From: Escherichia phage PSD2001
Sequence record: OK254198.1
Reading direction: 5' to 3' (one strand)
Length of the DNA stretch: 64,000 bases
Below, one piece after another: positions 8,601 to 16,911 of the stretch. Position numbers and translations under genes: made by a program. Each line of letters opens with the position of its first letter. The stretch's first letter is position 1. Under the pieces are notes generated by a model. That model was not told the origin of the DNA, did not search any database, and saw nothing but the letters and a program-made list of their open reading frames with translations.

Positions 8601-9142
8601 TGCATTCCTATCACAAAGAACAGAGGACGTGTGGTTTCATTGGTTTCTTCACATGATGCACGACAGCAATGTTGCACTACCTTTATATGGGCATCATAAA
8701 TCTTGTCCATATCAGGAGCTTTAATAGGTTCATCAATTATATACAATACGCGTGAAAGCGCAAGGCCACGGAATTTAGAACCTTCATTACCAATAAAGCT
8801 ACGTAATGAATCATGAAATAGGCGATGGCGAATATCTTCGTCATTAAAACGAATAAAATCATTTTTGATAGAATTGTATGAAACTCTGGCATATGCTGAA
8901 GTATTGGACAAGACAATTACCGTGCCACCGTTATAAAGCCAATTGTAAGCAAAATCAGTTACTGCGGTAGACTTACCTGATTGTCGCCCGCCATCCATAC
9001 GGAGTGTGCAGTATTCTTTGAGCAAGACTTCCATTGGAGGAATATAACAATCGGTCTTACAAAGTTCTTCTATTCGAGCATCAGAATGGTGGGTAAAAGC
9101 ATTCATCAGGGATAGATAAGGTCCAGTTAAAAAAGTTCTCAT
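8597..9142 (-). CDS. Predicted P-loop NTPase
   Basis: 181 aa; Walker A 'DGGRQSGKST', Walker B-like 'VLYIIDEP'. Confidence 0.55.
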   Translation of the reverse strand: MRTFLTGPYLSLMNAFTHHSDARIEELCKTDCYIPPMEVLLKEYCTLRMDGGRQSGKSTAVTDFAYNWLYNGGTVIVLSNTSAYARVSYNSIKNDFIRFNDEDIRHRLFHDSLRSFIGNEGSKFRGLALSRVLYIIDEPIKAPDMDKIYDAHIKVVQHCCRASCEETNETTRPLFFVIGMQ

Positions 9143-9304
9143 ATTGTTTCTCTTAAGGTTTTGGGCCATTCCTTGGCACATAATTCATCCGTGCATCCGT
9201 ATGTAAACCCTTTACCGCACTTGGGCTCGACCTTATTACAGGTAGGGAAAGGTCCATCACTCAGAGGACACGAAGTTCATGAGGAGAGGGTCGGCTTGCC
9301 TTTA

Positions 9305-9604
9305 TTAGAAAGAACCAGAACCTTTAATTGTGTTCTGGCGACCTTTATTTTCCAATTCAGAATGGTCAATTTCATATGCTTGTGCCACGCCAAAAGCCTT
9401 TTTAACTTTAGCTAAAGAACCTTTAGATGTAACAATATTAAAAGTATTACCTTTGGTAAAATCAACCAAATCCACTTGCACACCCTGTTTACCGAGGCTT
9501 GCTACAATGGCATCAACATATTGTTGGTCTAAATTGCCTTGAACCCCAATTTGAAATGCTTTAGGAGCTTTGGCTTCAGTAATAAATTCTTGATAAGTTT
9601 TCAT
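9305..9604 (-). CDS. Internal-protein-like, capsid-targeting N-terminus (MKTYQEFITE)
   Basis: 99 aa; first 10 aa match the T4 internal-protein CTS decapeptide ending in I-x-E (gp21 site); preceded by PeSS promoter. Confidence 0.7.
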   Translation of the reverse strand: MKTYQEFITEAKAPKAFQIGVQGNLDQQYVDAIVASLGKQGVQVDLVDFTKGNTFNIVTSKGSLAKVKKAFGVAQAYEIDHSELENKGRQNTIKGSGSF

Positions 9605-9609
9605 TTTAT

Positions 9610-9662
9610 TCTCTCTAAGTTGATGGGATAATTATGCACTATCCCATCAAAAAGTAAACAGT
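9610..9662 (-). promoter_or_regulatory. PeSS-like early promoter (-35 TGTTTAC, -10 CATAAT inside GATGGGATAG/TATCCCATC inverted repeat)
   Basis: Inverted repeat brackets -10; 17-nt spacer. Confidence 0.6.
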
Positions 9663-9925
9663 TATGCTTTACCGCCAGAAACAATACCAAAGGTCTCAAA
9701 GTCCCATTCAATATCGTCAACATCAACTTTCTTACCAGCAACCACGAATGCGATTTCGCGACGTTTTGCATAGGTGACAATTTCTTTACCATCGCCGCCA
9801 AAGAAAGAATAACCATTGCGCTTCATGGTGCCAAAGTCTTCAGCATCACCAGCGAATGCGCGGACTTTAAAGGAACCAGCAGGAGCTTTGGCAGATTCAG
9901 TAATAAATTCTTGATAAGTTTTCAT
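9662..9925 (-). CDS. Internal-protein-like, capsid-targeting N-terminus (MKTYQEFITE)
   Basis: 87 aa from internal ATG; 35 nt at the 5' end identical to 9305..9604 gene start; mature region differs. Confidence 0.7.
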   Translation of the reverse strand: MKTYQEFITESAKAPAGSFKVRAFAGDAEDFGTMKRNGYSFFGGDGKEIVTYAKRREIAFVVAGKKVDVDDIEWDFETFGIVSGGKA

Positions 9926-9973
9926 TTTATATTCCATTGTTTGGTTGATAAAATCATTATACAACCTTTTTAG

Positions 9974-10390
9974 TTAAGCGTACACAGCTTTCCCATAGTA
10001 TTTGTACCAGGTAGGTTTTTGAGAAATTTTCTCATTCAGTCTGGCTTGACTGATTTCAATTGACCAGATTGATGGTTGATAATCATTTTTCCATTCATCA
10101 GGAATATCACTTAAATCTTGGGTAGAAATATCTTTTATGTTAAACCCTCGCTTTAAACATTCTGCAATAAGTTCTTGATGACGGTTTTTAAGGAACAAAA
10201 GTTTATCATAAAAGAAGGTAACATGACCAGTCCCTAAAAGAAAAGATGATGGAATTTTAAAGTCAGAAACCTTTTTACCATTTTGTACATGCTTACGAAC
10301 AGCACCAAAAACGCGAGGAAGTTCACGATATTCAGCCATAAGATGTTGGTCAGCAAGTTCAGATACCAGGGTCAAATTAATGCGAGTCAT
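9974..10390 (-). CDS. denV: Endonuclease V (pyrimidine-dimer DNA glycosylase)
   Basis: 138 aa from '[31 protein letters not shown]...', near-identical to T4 EndoV N-terminus as recalled. Confidence 0.95.
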   Translation of the reverse strand: MTRINLTLVSELADQHLMAEYRELPRVFGAVRKHVQNGKKVSDFKIPSSFLLGTGHVTFFYDKLLFLKNRHQELIAECLKRGFNIKDISTQDLSDIPDEWKNDYQPSIWSIEISQARLNEKISQKPTWYKYYGKAVYA

Positions 10391-10418
10391 GTTTGTTCTC
10401 CTATGTTTGTAGGAGAAC

Positions 10419-10447
10419 ATTATATCACACGTATCGTGGAAGTAAAC
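10419..10447 (-). promoter_or_regulatory. T4-type early promoter upstream of denV (-35 GTTTAC, -10 TATAAT)
   Basis: Minus-strand GTTTAC-17nt-TATAAT about 30 nt upstream of ATG. Confidence 0.5.
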
Positions 10448-10449
10448 TG

Positions 10450-10752
10450 TTATTTACCTTTAATTGCTTTAGCTGCTTCGATAGCCGCTTGCTGAAGGTC
10501 ATCCATAGACATACCGAACTTAGAAGCAAAGTTATCAATTTTCTTTTCGACAGAATTCAAAGGCTTGGCCTGTTTACCTTCATTAGCGCCAGGGAGAGCT
10601 AGAATACGCTCTTTGTCAATATAAAGGCTTACAAGTTTCTTACGGTCTTTATCTGGTAAATCATGAAATGAATGGGCCTTTTTATTTACAGCGGCTTCTA
10701 ATTTACCTGCACTTACGCGCGCTTCGGTGATAAATTCTTTATACGTTTTCAT
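10450..10752 (-). CDS. Internal protein II-like ([23 protein letters not shown])
   Basis: 100 aa; CTS N-terminus; located between e and denV exactly where T4 carries ipIII/ipII. Confidence 0.75.
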   Translation of the reverse strand: MKTYKEFITEARVSAGKLEAAVNKKAHSFHDLPDKDRKKLVSLYIDKERILALPGANEGKQAKPLNSVEKKIDNFASKFGMSMDDLQQAAIEAAKAIKGK

Positions 10753-10760
10753 ATTTTACC

Positions 10761-11252
10761 TTATTTGTATGCGCTAAAAGTTCCGGTACGGAACGTTTCT
10801 ATAACTCGTTTGGCTCGGTTCGGAGTCTGGACTTTATACCATCTCGAGTCAGCCAGTTCCTTGGCGGCGGCTTCCCACGATTTGGCCTTCAACAATCGCA
10901 TACCCTTAGGAAAACCAGCAACACCAGCAACACCCATCTGGAATACCATATTAATGAGTGCACAACGACGAACTTCATCTAGCACATCATAAACAGGTTT
11001 TAAGACAGGGTGTCTCAAGATTCCGGCTTTAGCTTTTTCGACCGAACGGTTAAACAATGTTTCAGCTTCGTGCTGGGTTATGCGACCATTACAGACGCGA
11101 CCCATGAGCTTGTCGAGCTCGGCACGAGCAACATCTTTTGATGGGTTCTTAGTTATCAGTTGCCCGATACCAATGGTCCAATAGCCTTCAGTATCTTTAT
11201 ACAAATCCAACTTACAACCTTCATCTATACGTAACATTTCGAATATATTCAT
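10761..11252 (-). CDS. e: Endolysin (T4 lysozyme family)
   Basis: '[35 protein letters not shown]...' matches T4 lysozyme incl. catalytic E11/D20/T26 context. Confidence 0.97.
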   Translation of the reverse strand: MNIFEMLRIDEGCKLDLYKDTEGYWTIGIGQLITKNPSKDVARAELDKLMGRVCNGRITQHEAETLFNRSVEKAKAGILRHPVLKPVYDVLDEVRRCALINMVFQMGVAGVAGFPKGMRLLKAKSWEAAAKELADSRWYKVQTPNRAKRVIETFRTGTFSAYK

Positions 11253-11254
11253 AA

Positions 11255-11274
11255 TACCCCCTTATATAGGGGTA
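11255..11274 (-). promoter_or_regulatory. RNA hairpin sequestering the gene e Shine-Dalgarno, with late-promoter-like AATAAATA just upstream
   Basis: Minus strand TACCCC-TATATAAG-GGGGTA-TT-ATG; SD AAGGGGG lies in the 3' arm. Confidence 0.5.
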
Positions 11275-11278
11275 TTTA

Positions 11279-11734
11279 TTATCCGAAAATTTGAGTCATT
11301 ACCTTGTACATCGATTTGCCCATCACATACTGCCATTGACTCGGTTTAATCAGAGCAAATGCATCGAACTCTGGAACTGTACTACCATCCGGAAAGGTAT
11401 GATAGGCAGAGCATTTACTATGTCTGAACTGCTCATGCTCGACCGGGACCGTGTACAAAAACAGGTGAAGGTTTTTATTATCTGAATAACGGAACTCACC
11501 CAGGTCTTTTAAGAATGCTGGGTCATATTGGGTAAATCCAGTTTCTTCTTCGGTTTCACGAATAGCAGCTTCAATCGGGGATTCACCAGCTTCAACGTGA
11601 CCCTTAGGGATGTCCCATTTGTGCGCAGGCGCACCTGGTTTACGAGAACCGGTCACACGACCCATGAATAACTCTTTATCTTCAGTCATGAAAATAATGC
11701 CAGCAGATAATTCCTTCACTTTCTTACTCATCAT
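11279..11734 (-). CDS. nudE: Nudix hydrolase
   Basis: Nudix box 'GHVEAGESPIEAAIRETEEETG'; adjacent to e as in T4. Confidence 0.85.
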   Translation of the reverse strand: MMSKKVKELSAGIIFMTEDKELFMGRVTGSRKPGAPAHKWDIPKGHVEAGESPIEAAIRETEEETGFTQYDPAFLKDLGEFRYSDNKNLHLFLYTVPVEHEQFRHSKCSAYHTFPDGSTVPEFDAFALIKPSQWQYVMGKSMYKVMTQIFG

Positions 11735-11960
11735 CGCGTTTCCATGATTGGTTAAAAATATCACTCATTAAAAATTCAAGTCTATTTTCCAATGAAGGAC
11801 TTTCACTATCGGATACTTGAATCATATAATCGGAAATAGGTCGGAACATATCCAAGTCGCTTTCCAAATCTTCTTTGATTTTCTCTTCTGATGTTCCGGT
11901 GTCATAGGAATACAGATAAGAATCACATGACTCGGATTTAATATAAATTGCAATACTCAT
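11724..11960 (-). CDS. Hypothetical acidic protein
   Basis: 78 aa ORF. Confidence 0.5.
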   Translation of the reverse strand: MSIAIYIKSESCDSYLYSYDTGTSEEKIKEDLESDLDMFRPISDYMIQVSDSESPSLENRLEFLMSDIFNQSWKRDDE

Positions 11961-12541
11961 TTACGGCATTCCTCAATAAAAGAATTTAATGTATTTTTCT
12001 TAGCGATATCGTCGTATACCTTTTTAACTTTAGAAATACGAAAAGGTACTTCAATAGCCATAGTCCATAAAAATGATGCAATAAGTCCAACAGCAGCAGA
12101 AGAAATGCACGCGCCCATTACAGCCACAGGTGCTTCATTTTTACCTGTCAAGAAAAACAACAGGATTGGTAAAAATAAGATTCCAGCCCACACATAAAAC
12201 CTGGAACAAATTAACTTATCAAATTCATCTTTCCAGGTACGAAATCCATATTTCTTGCTATAAGAAATTAATGGGTCGGGTGTCTGTTCTTTGAGTGGTT
12301 CCGGTTGATACCCATTAACAATATATCCCATTTTATATTCCTTAATTAAAAGCTCTTTCACATGACGATTGCATCGCGACCAATCAACGTTTTCCACCTT
12401 GATTCCTTCATCACCATCGTCAAGGTTCGCCCAATATTTTTTGGTAATCATAAATTCATCTCTTGATACAATTATACCTGCATTTTCTGCCCGACGGATG
12501 AAGTTTACATCAACACCCATACAACCAGGTTCATACAGCAT
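11957..12541 (-). CDS. Hypothetical membrane protein, C-terminal ...LNSFIEECRK tail family
   Basis: 194 aa; two C-proximal TM helices then basic tail shared with 15640..15993 and 15980..16339. Confidence 0.55.
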   Translation of the reverse strand: MLYEPGCMGVDVNFIRRAENAGIIVSRDEFMITKKYWANLDDGDEGIKVENVDWSRCNRHVKELLIKEYKMGYIVNGYQPEPLKEQTPDPLISYSKKYGFRTWKDEFDKLICSRFYVWAGILFLPILLFFLTGKNEAPVAVMGACISSAAVGLIASFLWTMAIEVPFRISKVKKVYDDIAKKNTLNSFIEECRK

Positions 12542-13227
12542 TACCAGCCCTCCATAGGAAATTCCAGATATACTTGAGCATTAACGCGGATTTCATTGGT
12601 GATTTTATTAACGCGGTCAGTTTTACGAGATACGCGACCAAACCAGCGCCAACCATTACCAACCGTTTTTGTTCCAGTATGCCAGGTCTGCCAGTTGAAT
12701 TCACACAACGTGCGGTCAGGAGCTTCTTGAACTAAAAGTTCACCCGCCTTGATTTTTTCCAGAACTTCCTGGTGCCACTGGCGATAGATAAGTTCGCCAT
12801 CAGGAATCTGACTGAATTCTGAAGTTCCCAGAGCAAAATGAGTAGGGCAAACAGAAGCGTTAACCAGACCCAGGATGTGTTCAGAATGGTAACGAGGGTT
12901 ATCATAATCAGGTTGTCCTGCTGTAATAAAATGTTGTCCTGCTGGAATATCTGGACGTGGTACATCATCATGGTGATACCCAGGGATAGCAGGATACCAA
13001 CCAGGCATCAACATATGGACGCGAGAGTCAAATACAACATCACGATTGGTCCAGTCCAGTGGTAATGCAGCAATAAAGCTACGGGTAATTAAACCGCCTT
13101 TATCCCAGGCAAAACTTAAATCACAATTAAAGAACATCGGTTCATTTTTGATTTCGTCATTACTGACATATTGAGCAAATTGACCAACTTCACGCATTTG
13201 ACTATTAAAAGTTTTTGAGCTATTCAT
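12541..13227 (-). CDS. Hypothetical protein, His/Trp-rich (GYHHDD motif)
   Basis: 228 aa from ATG with SD GAGGA; no confident family. Confidence 0.55.
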   Translation of the reverse strand: MNSSKTFNSQMREVGQFAQYVSNDEIKNEPMFFNCDLSFAWDKGGLITRSFIAALPLDWTNRDVVFDSRVHMLMPGWYPAIPGYHHDDVPRPDIPAGQHFITAGQPDYDNPRYHSEHILGLVNASVCPTHFALGTSEFSQIPDGELIYRQWHQEVLEKIKAGELLVQEAPDRTLCEFNWQTWHTGTKTVGNGWRWFGRVSRKTDRVNKITNEIRVNAQVYLEFPMEGW

Positions 13228-13237
13228 GATATTTTCC

Positions 13238-13474
13238 TCAGTATTCTTCATCATATTCAAAGTCTTCATCAAACTCGGGTTCCAGAGAAATTTCTTCTTC
13301 CGGGTGGAATTCACAAGGGAAGTATTCCACTTCACCACAATCGGCGTCATAGGACTGGAAATCAATTTGGATTACGGTTTCGGATACAACAATAACTTCA
13401 GCAACCAAGTCACCTGCAATTTCCATTCCAACTTTAACATCTTTAGCTTTGATAGTATTCATTTTATTCTCCAA
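13238..13474 (-). CDS. Hypothetical highly acidic small protein
   Basis: 78 aa; C-term 'EPEFDEDFEYDEEY'; PeSS promoter directly upstream. Confidence 0.55.
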   Translation of the reverse strand: MENKMNTIKAKDVKVGMEIAGDLVAEVIVVSETVIQIDFQSYDADCGEVEYFPCEFHPEEEISLEPEFDEDFEYDEEY

Positions 13475-13487
13475 TTTGGTAACTCAG

Positions 13488-13538
13488 TATGGAATCATTA
13501 TGCACTGACTCCATACTGATGTACACACTTATTTTGTG
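13488..13538 (-). promoter_or_regulatory. PeSS-like early promoter (-35 GTGTAC, -10 CATAAT, inverted repeat TCAGTATGGA/TCCATACTGA)
   Basis: Same architecture as copy at 21..68. Confidence 0.6.
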
Positions 13539-14488
13539 AAAGGACGAATTAAATGTTGGTTAGCCTTAAAGCGTTTAACATAGTCTTCGCGACCCAGGGT
13601 GTTGTACATATTAACCACTTCCTGGTAATGTTCCCAGGCATACTCGCGGAACCATCCAGAAGTAATGGAGGTACAGACTTTTTCCAGCGCAATATGGAAG
13701 CTCACAGATGGAGAGATATTGAACTCATTAGGAACCTGCGAACGCTCCAGAGCGAGCACACATGCTTCTTCATAAACCCCTGCCAGTTTAATAATCTCAG
13801 GGAGTGCTTCAAATTTTTCACGCGAGGTCATGACTTCTGAATCATCCTTCATATAAAACTTATATGCAGGCTTATCAGCAAGCGCCACAGCCTCGTGGAT
13901 GGAGTCATGGTCAAGGGTGTAGATTGTATCATTAAAGAAAGTTTTCTTGCCCACGTCTAGTTTAGGGTGACTGTATGACAGTGTTTCTGCCTGACGCTGC
14001 AGCATGATTTTCTGCAGTTCATCATTAAGAACAACACCCTTATTGCGAAGATAATTAATATGACTCATGGTCTTCAGGAAGAATGGGTTGTTCTTCAGGT
14101 AACGATGAGACAATTTAATCGCCAGACAAATATCAGGCGTCGCCCAATAGAAACCTGTAAGACGGTCTTTCTGAATATTTGCCTTCGCATATTTGAGCAG
14201 ACGATAACTTGAGGTGAAATCTTCGTCTTGAAGCTCACCAGTAATTTCTCGTACGTTGGTCAGGGCACGGACAATATAAGCTTCAAAATAGGTTTCTTTG
14301 CCATTGTACATACATTTAAAAGCTTGGACATCAGGGTTATCTACAGGAACATGAGCACCGAACATACGTGCTTTAAAGTGGTTCCAAGAACCCTGGTCAG
14401 CGATAAAGTCCCAATCAGAGTTTTCAATTTTCTGACTTTCAATCAGACCAGCGTTATGTAATGCACGAGAACCAATAACTAACATCAT
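13529..14488 (-). CDS. Hypothetical protein, possible nucleotidyltransferase-like N-terminus
   Basis: 319 aa; 'LVIGSRALHNAG...SDWDF' loosely resembles GS...DxD; weak. Confidence 0.55.
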   Translation of the reverse strand: MMLVIGSRALHNAGLIESQKIENSDWDFIADQGSWNHFKARMFGAHVPVDNPDVQAFKCMYNGKETYFEAYIVRALTNVREITGELQDEDFTSSYRLLKYAKANIQKDRLTGFYWATPDICLAIKLSHRYLKNNPFFLKTMSHINYLRNKGVVLNDELQKIMLQRQAETLSYSHPKLDVGKKTFFNDTIYTLDHDSIHEAVALADKPAYKFYMKDDSEVMTSREKFEALPEIIKLAGVYEEACVLALERSQVPNEFNISPSVSFHIALEKVCTSITSGWFREYAWEHYQEVVNMYNTLGREDYVKRFKANQHLIRPFTK

Positions 14489-14502
14489 AATATTTTCCTC
14501 AT

Positions 14503-14548
14503 TAGTTGACGGGATAATGATACTACGTTTCTTTAGACTTGTACACTA
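14503..14548 (-). promoter_or_regulatory. PeSS-like early promoter (-35 GTGTACA, -10 TATCAT, TATCCCGTCAAC arm)
   Basis: Minus-strand read upstream of 13529..14488. Confidence 0.5.
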
Positions 14549-14590
14549 AATTTCTGCACAAAGTCCTCCTATCACATCCTTGTGATAATT

Positions 14591-14824
14591 TTAGCAGCTA
14601 CTCGGATACCAGATTTTACCATCGGCACGAGCAACGAAGGTACGACCAGCTTCTTCACCATAACAAGAGCTGTTCAACCAGTCTTCAAGACGGACTTCGC
14701 CGTCATAATCATCAAGCTCAACACCAAAATCTTGAGCAGAAGCCATATCTTTTACTTTCTTATACAGTGCAGCCAGTTCAAGGGCAGCTTTTTCTAATTC
14801 AGCATGTTCAACAGCAGTAATCAT
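14591..14824 (-). CDS. Acidic small protein, W-x-SS-C tail paralog D
   Basis: 77 aa; '...EDWLNSSCYGEE...YPSSC'. Confidence 0.55.
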   Translation of the reverse strand: MITAVEHAELEKAALELAALYKKVKDMASAQDFGVELDDYDGEVRLEDWLNSSCYGEEAGRTFVARADGKIWYPSSC

Positions 14825-14833
14825 TTTATCACC

Positions 14834-15052
14834 TTAGCAAGACATAGAGGAGTTAAACCAGAAACCTTCACCTTCTGGAATACAATATTCATCACGAACC
14901 CATTCATAATCGTCATATTCCGGACTGGAAGCTGGAATATATTCTTCACCCCCGGCGTGAAAGTGTTCGCCGGTTTCATCCGCCGCAGTCAGACCTTCAC
15001 AGATTAGTGCACGGATTTGTTTTTCAATTTCTTTAACAGTTTTAGCAGTCAT
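14834..15052 (-). CDS. Acidic small protein, W-x-SS-C tail paralog C
   Basis: 72 aa; ends 'GFWFNSSMSC'. Confidence 0.55.
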   Translation of the reverse strand: MTAKTVKEIEKQIRALICEGLTAADETGEHFHAGGEEYIPASSPEYDDYEWVRDEYCIPEGEGFWFNSSMSC

Positions 15053-15061
15053 TTTATTTCC

Positions 15062-15343
15062 TTAGCATTCAGAAGAGGAAGACACCCAACCGCCTTTTTC
15101 CAGGCTGGTAGTGTAATCATGTTGGTTTACAATAGCGTACTGGGCTTCGCCGTATTCTTCCCAATGGGCAAGGTCAGCTTTCAGGGCGCCAGGAGAATAA
15201 TAGTCACCGCCCATACCGCGAGCAGGGTATATATTAAAATGAGTCTCATATTTGTCTGCAATTTCCTCGGCACGACGAATAGCTTTATGGATGTCATTTA
15301 CTGCGTTAGCCAGTTCTTTATTTTTACGGTAATCATTCATCAT
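15062..15343 (-). CDS. Acidic small protein, W-x-SS-C tail paralog B
   Basis: 93 aa; 'EEIADKYETHF...GGWVSSSSEC'. Confidence 0.55.
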   Translation of the reverse strand: MMNDYRKNKELANAVNDIHKAIRRAEEIADKYETHFNIYPARGMGGDYYSPGALKADLAHWEEYGEAQYAIVNQHDYTTSLEKGGWVSSSSEC

Positions 15344-15352
15344 AACGTTTCC

Positions 15353-15643
15353 TTAGCACATTGCCGAAGAGGAGACCCAAGCACCAACTGTAACGACACC
15401 GTTTTCAACTTCACCGCCGTTGTTTTCAATTTCATCTTTAAACCACTGGGAGCATTCATAACCGACAGGATAATATGTACGGCCTGAACCATAATCACCG
15501 GTACCAAATTGGATACCATATTCATCTGCGATTTCTTCACAGTGTTTTTCAATTTCAGAGGTCTTATTTAGAAGAGAATAGATAGCTTTTTCTGCAGATT
15601 TCTCATCATAATACTTGGGGATAGCAATTTCAATTTTATTCAT
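15353..15643 (-). CDS. Acidic small protein, W-x-SS-C tail paralog A
   Basis: 96 aa; 'EEIADEYGIQF...GAWVSSSAMC'. Confidence 0.55.
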   Translation of the reverse strand: MNKIEIAIPKYYDEKSAEKAIYSLLNKTSEIEKHCEEIADEYGIQFGTGDYGSGRTYYPVGYECSQWFKDEIENNGGEVENGVVTVGAWVSSSAMC

Positions 15644-15993
15644 GATTTACATTCCTTAATAAAGGTTTCAAGGTCATTACGTTTTGTTTTGTTCAGGAAC
15701 TTATTATACTCAGCCATTGCTGAAGCATATCTCTTCCGACTAGGAGCATTCACGGCGTTTGTGTGACAGATATCATACACAACAGGGATAAAATAAGACA
15801 CAACAGCCGGAGCGATTATCATAAAGAAACCCATCTCAATAGGCATCACTCCTTCGATTGCAGCCATAACCGTGGTCATTACCAGACCAACCAAACCACC
15901 AAGCATGGCAGTGACAATCCCGAATAATAAATTGGCACCAATATCATATTCAGCCAATTGATAAACATGCGAGGCAAGACTAGGCCGTTCCAT
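15640..15993 (-). CDS. Small two-TM membrane protein, ...LETFIKECKS tail
   Basis: 117 aa from ATG with SD AAGGAGG; two TM helices. Confidence 0.55.
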   Translation of the reverse strand: MERPSLASHVYQLAEYDIGANLLFGIVTAMLGGLVGLVMTTVMAAIEGVMPIEMGFFMIIAPAVVSYFIPVVYDICHTNAVNAPSRKRYASAMAEYNKFLNKTKRNDLETFIKECKS

Positions 15994-16339
15994 TACGAAC
16001 CTCCTTAATAAATTCTTCGGCACATTTAATTTTGTGCTCTTCTTGTAGGGAAACACATTTTTGTTCCCACTCTTTAACTCGCCCACGATATCCTTTATTC
16101 ATATGATTTTGATGCCACACGTTTATCAATATCATACCCAGGACTGTAATAAAAGGTGCTGCAATTATTAGTGACCAGGCGACTCCGACACTAATGATAT
16201 CCATATCCCCACAAAGCACCATCATTATAACCCCAACGATGCACATGGACAAAGCTCCAAATGGAGGCATCAAGTCTTTATCAATCTTGTTCGCGTATAC
16301 AAATTTTTCTGGTTTACTTGGCAGATATAACGTTCGCAT
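15980..16339 (-). CDS. Small two-TM membrane protein, ...EEFIKEVRNG tail
   Basis: 119 aa from internal ATG with SD AAGGGG; two TM helices. Confidence 0.55.
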   Translation of the reverse strand: MRTLYLPSKPEKFVYANKIDKDLMPPFGALSMCIVGVIMMVLCGDMDIISVGVAWSLIIAAPFITVLGMILINVWHQNHMNKGYRGRVKEWEQKCVSLQEEHKIKCAEEFIKEVRNGTA

Positions 16340-16868
16340 TTTGAACCCCTTTAGCATATTCACGACATTCAGCAATAAAACGATTAAGCTTTCGTTTTTG
16401 TTTATGACTTTCTAATGTGTACTCAGCCGTCAAATCAAGAAGCTCAGCTTTATCATAATTTTTAATATCAGTATAAGCTGGGCGGCGGTCAACCATTCCA
16501 AATACATCACCATTCTCTAGCGTCACATAACATACTAAATGGTAATCATCATCTGCCGCATTAAGGAGTACGCAATCATTGCTCTCGTTTAAAGCATACA
16601 CTGAATAACGTAGTCCAGCGAATTCTGCTTGTTGGATACCCAGATTTACGTCAATAATTTCCAAGGCATCTGCGAAAGAAAGGTCTTCAGCTAAAGCAAA
16701 AATAAAAGGCAATTTAGTAGTATCGCCGCGACTTGTTGTTCTTCTTAAGAAATCATTGGAATAACCCAAGTCACCACGGATTCTATAAAGAACTGTATTA
16801 GTTTCAGTAGCAAGACCACTACCGCCAAACCAGTCTACATTTGATATAAGGTCGGTATATAAGCTCAT
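16314..16868 (-). CDS. Hypothetical protein with ...LNRFIAECREY C-terminal motif
   Basis: 184 aa from ATG with SD GGAGAGGAG. Confidence 0.55.
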   Translation of the reverse strand: MSLYTDLISNVDWFGGSGLATETNTVLYRIRGDLGYSNDFLRRTTSRGDTTKLPFIFALAEDLSFADALEIIDVNLGIQQAEFAGLRYSVYALNESNDCVLLNAADDDYHLVCYVTLENGDVFGMVDRRPAYTDIKNYDKAELLDLTAEYTLESHKQKRKLNRFIAECREYAKGVQNANVISAK

Positions 16869-16911
16869 AATATTCTCCTCTCCCAATTAGGGGGCAAAGC
16901 CCCCTTTTATC

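Noticed and set aside
12541-13227. 2OG-Fe(II) oxygenase/cupin assignment based on the HHDD motif
   Set aside because: Could not place a convincing second His and Arg at the spacing expected for the HxD...H...R triad.
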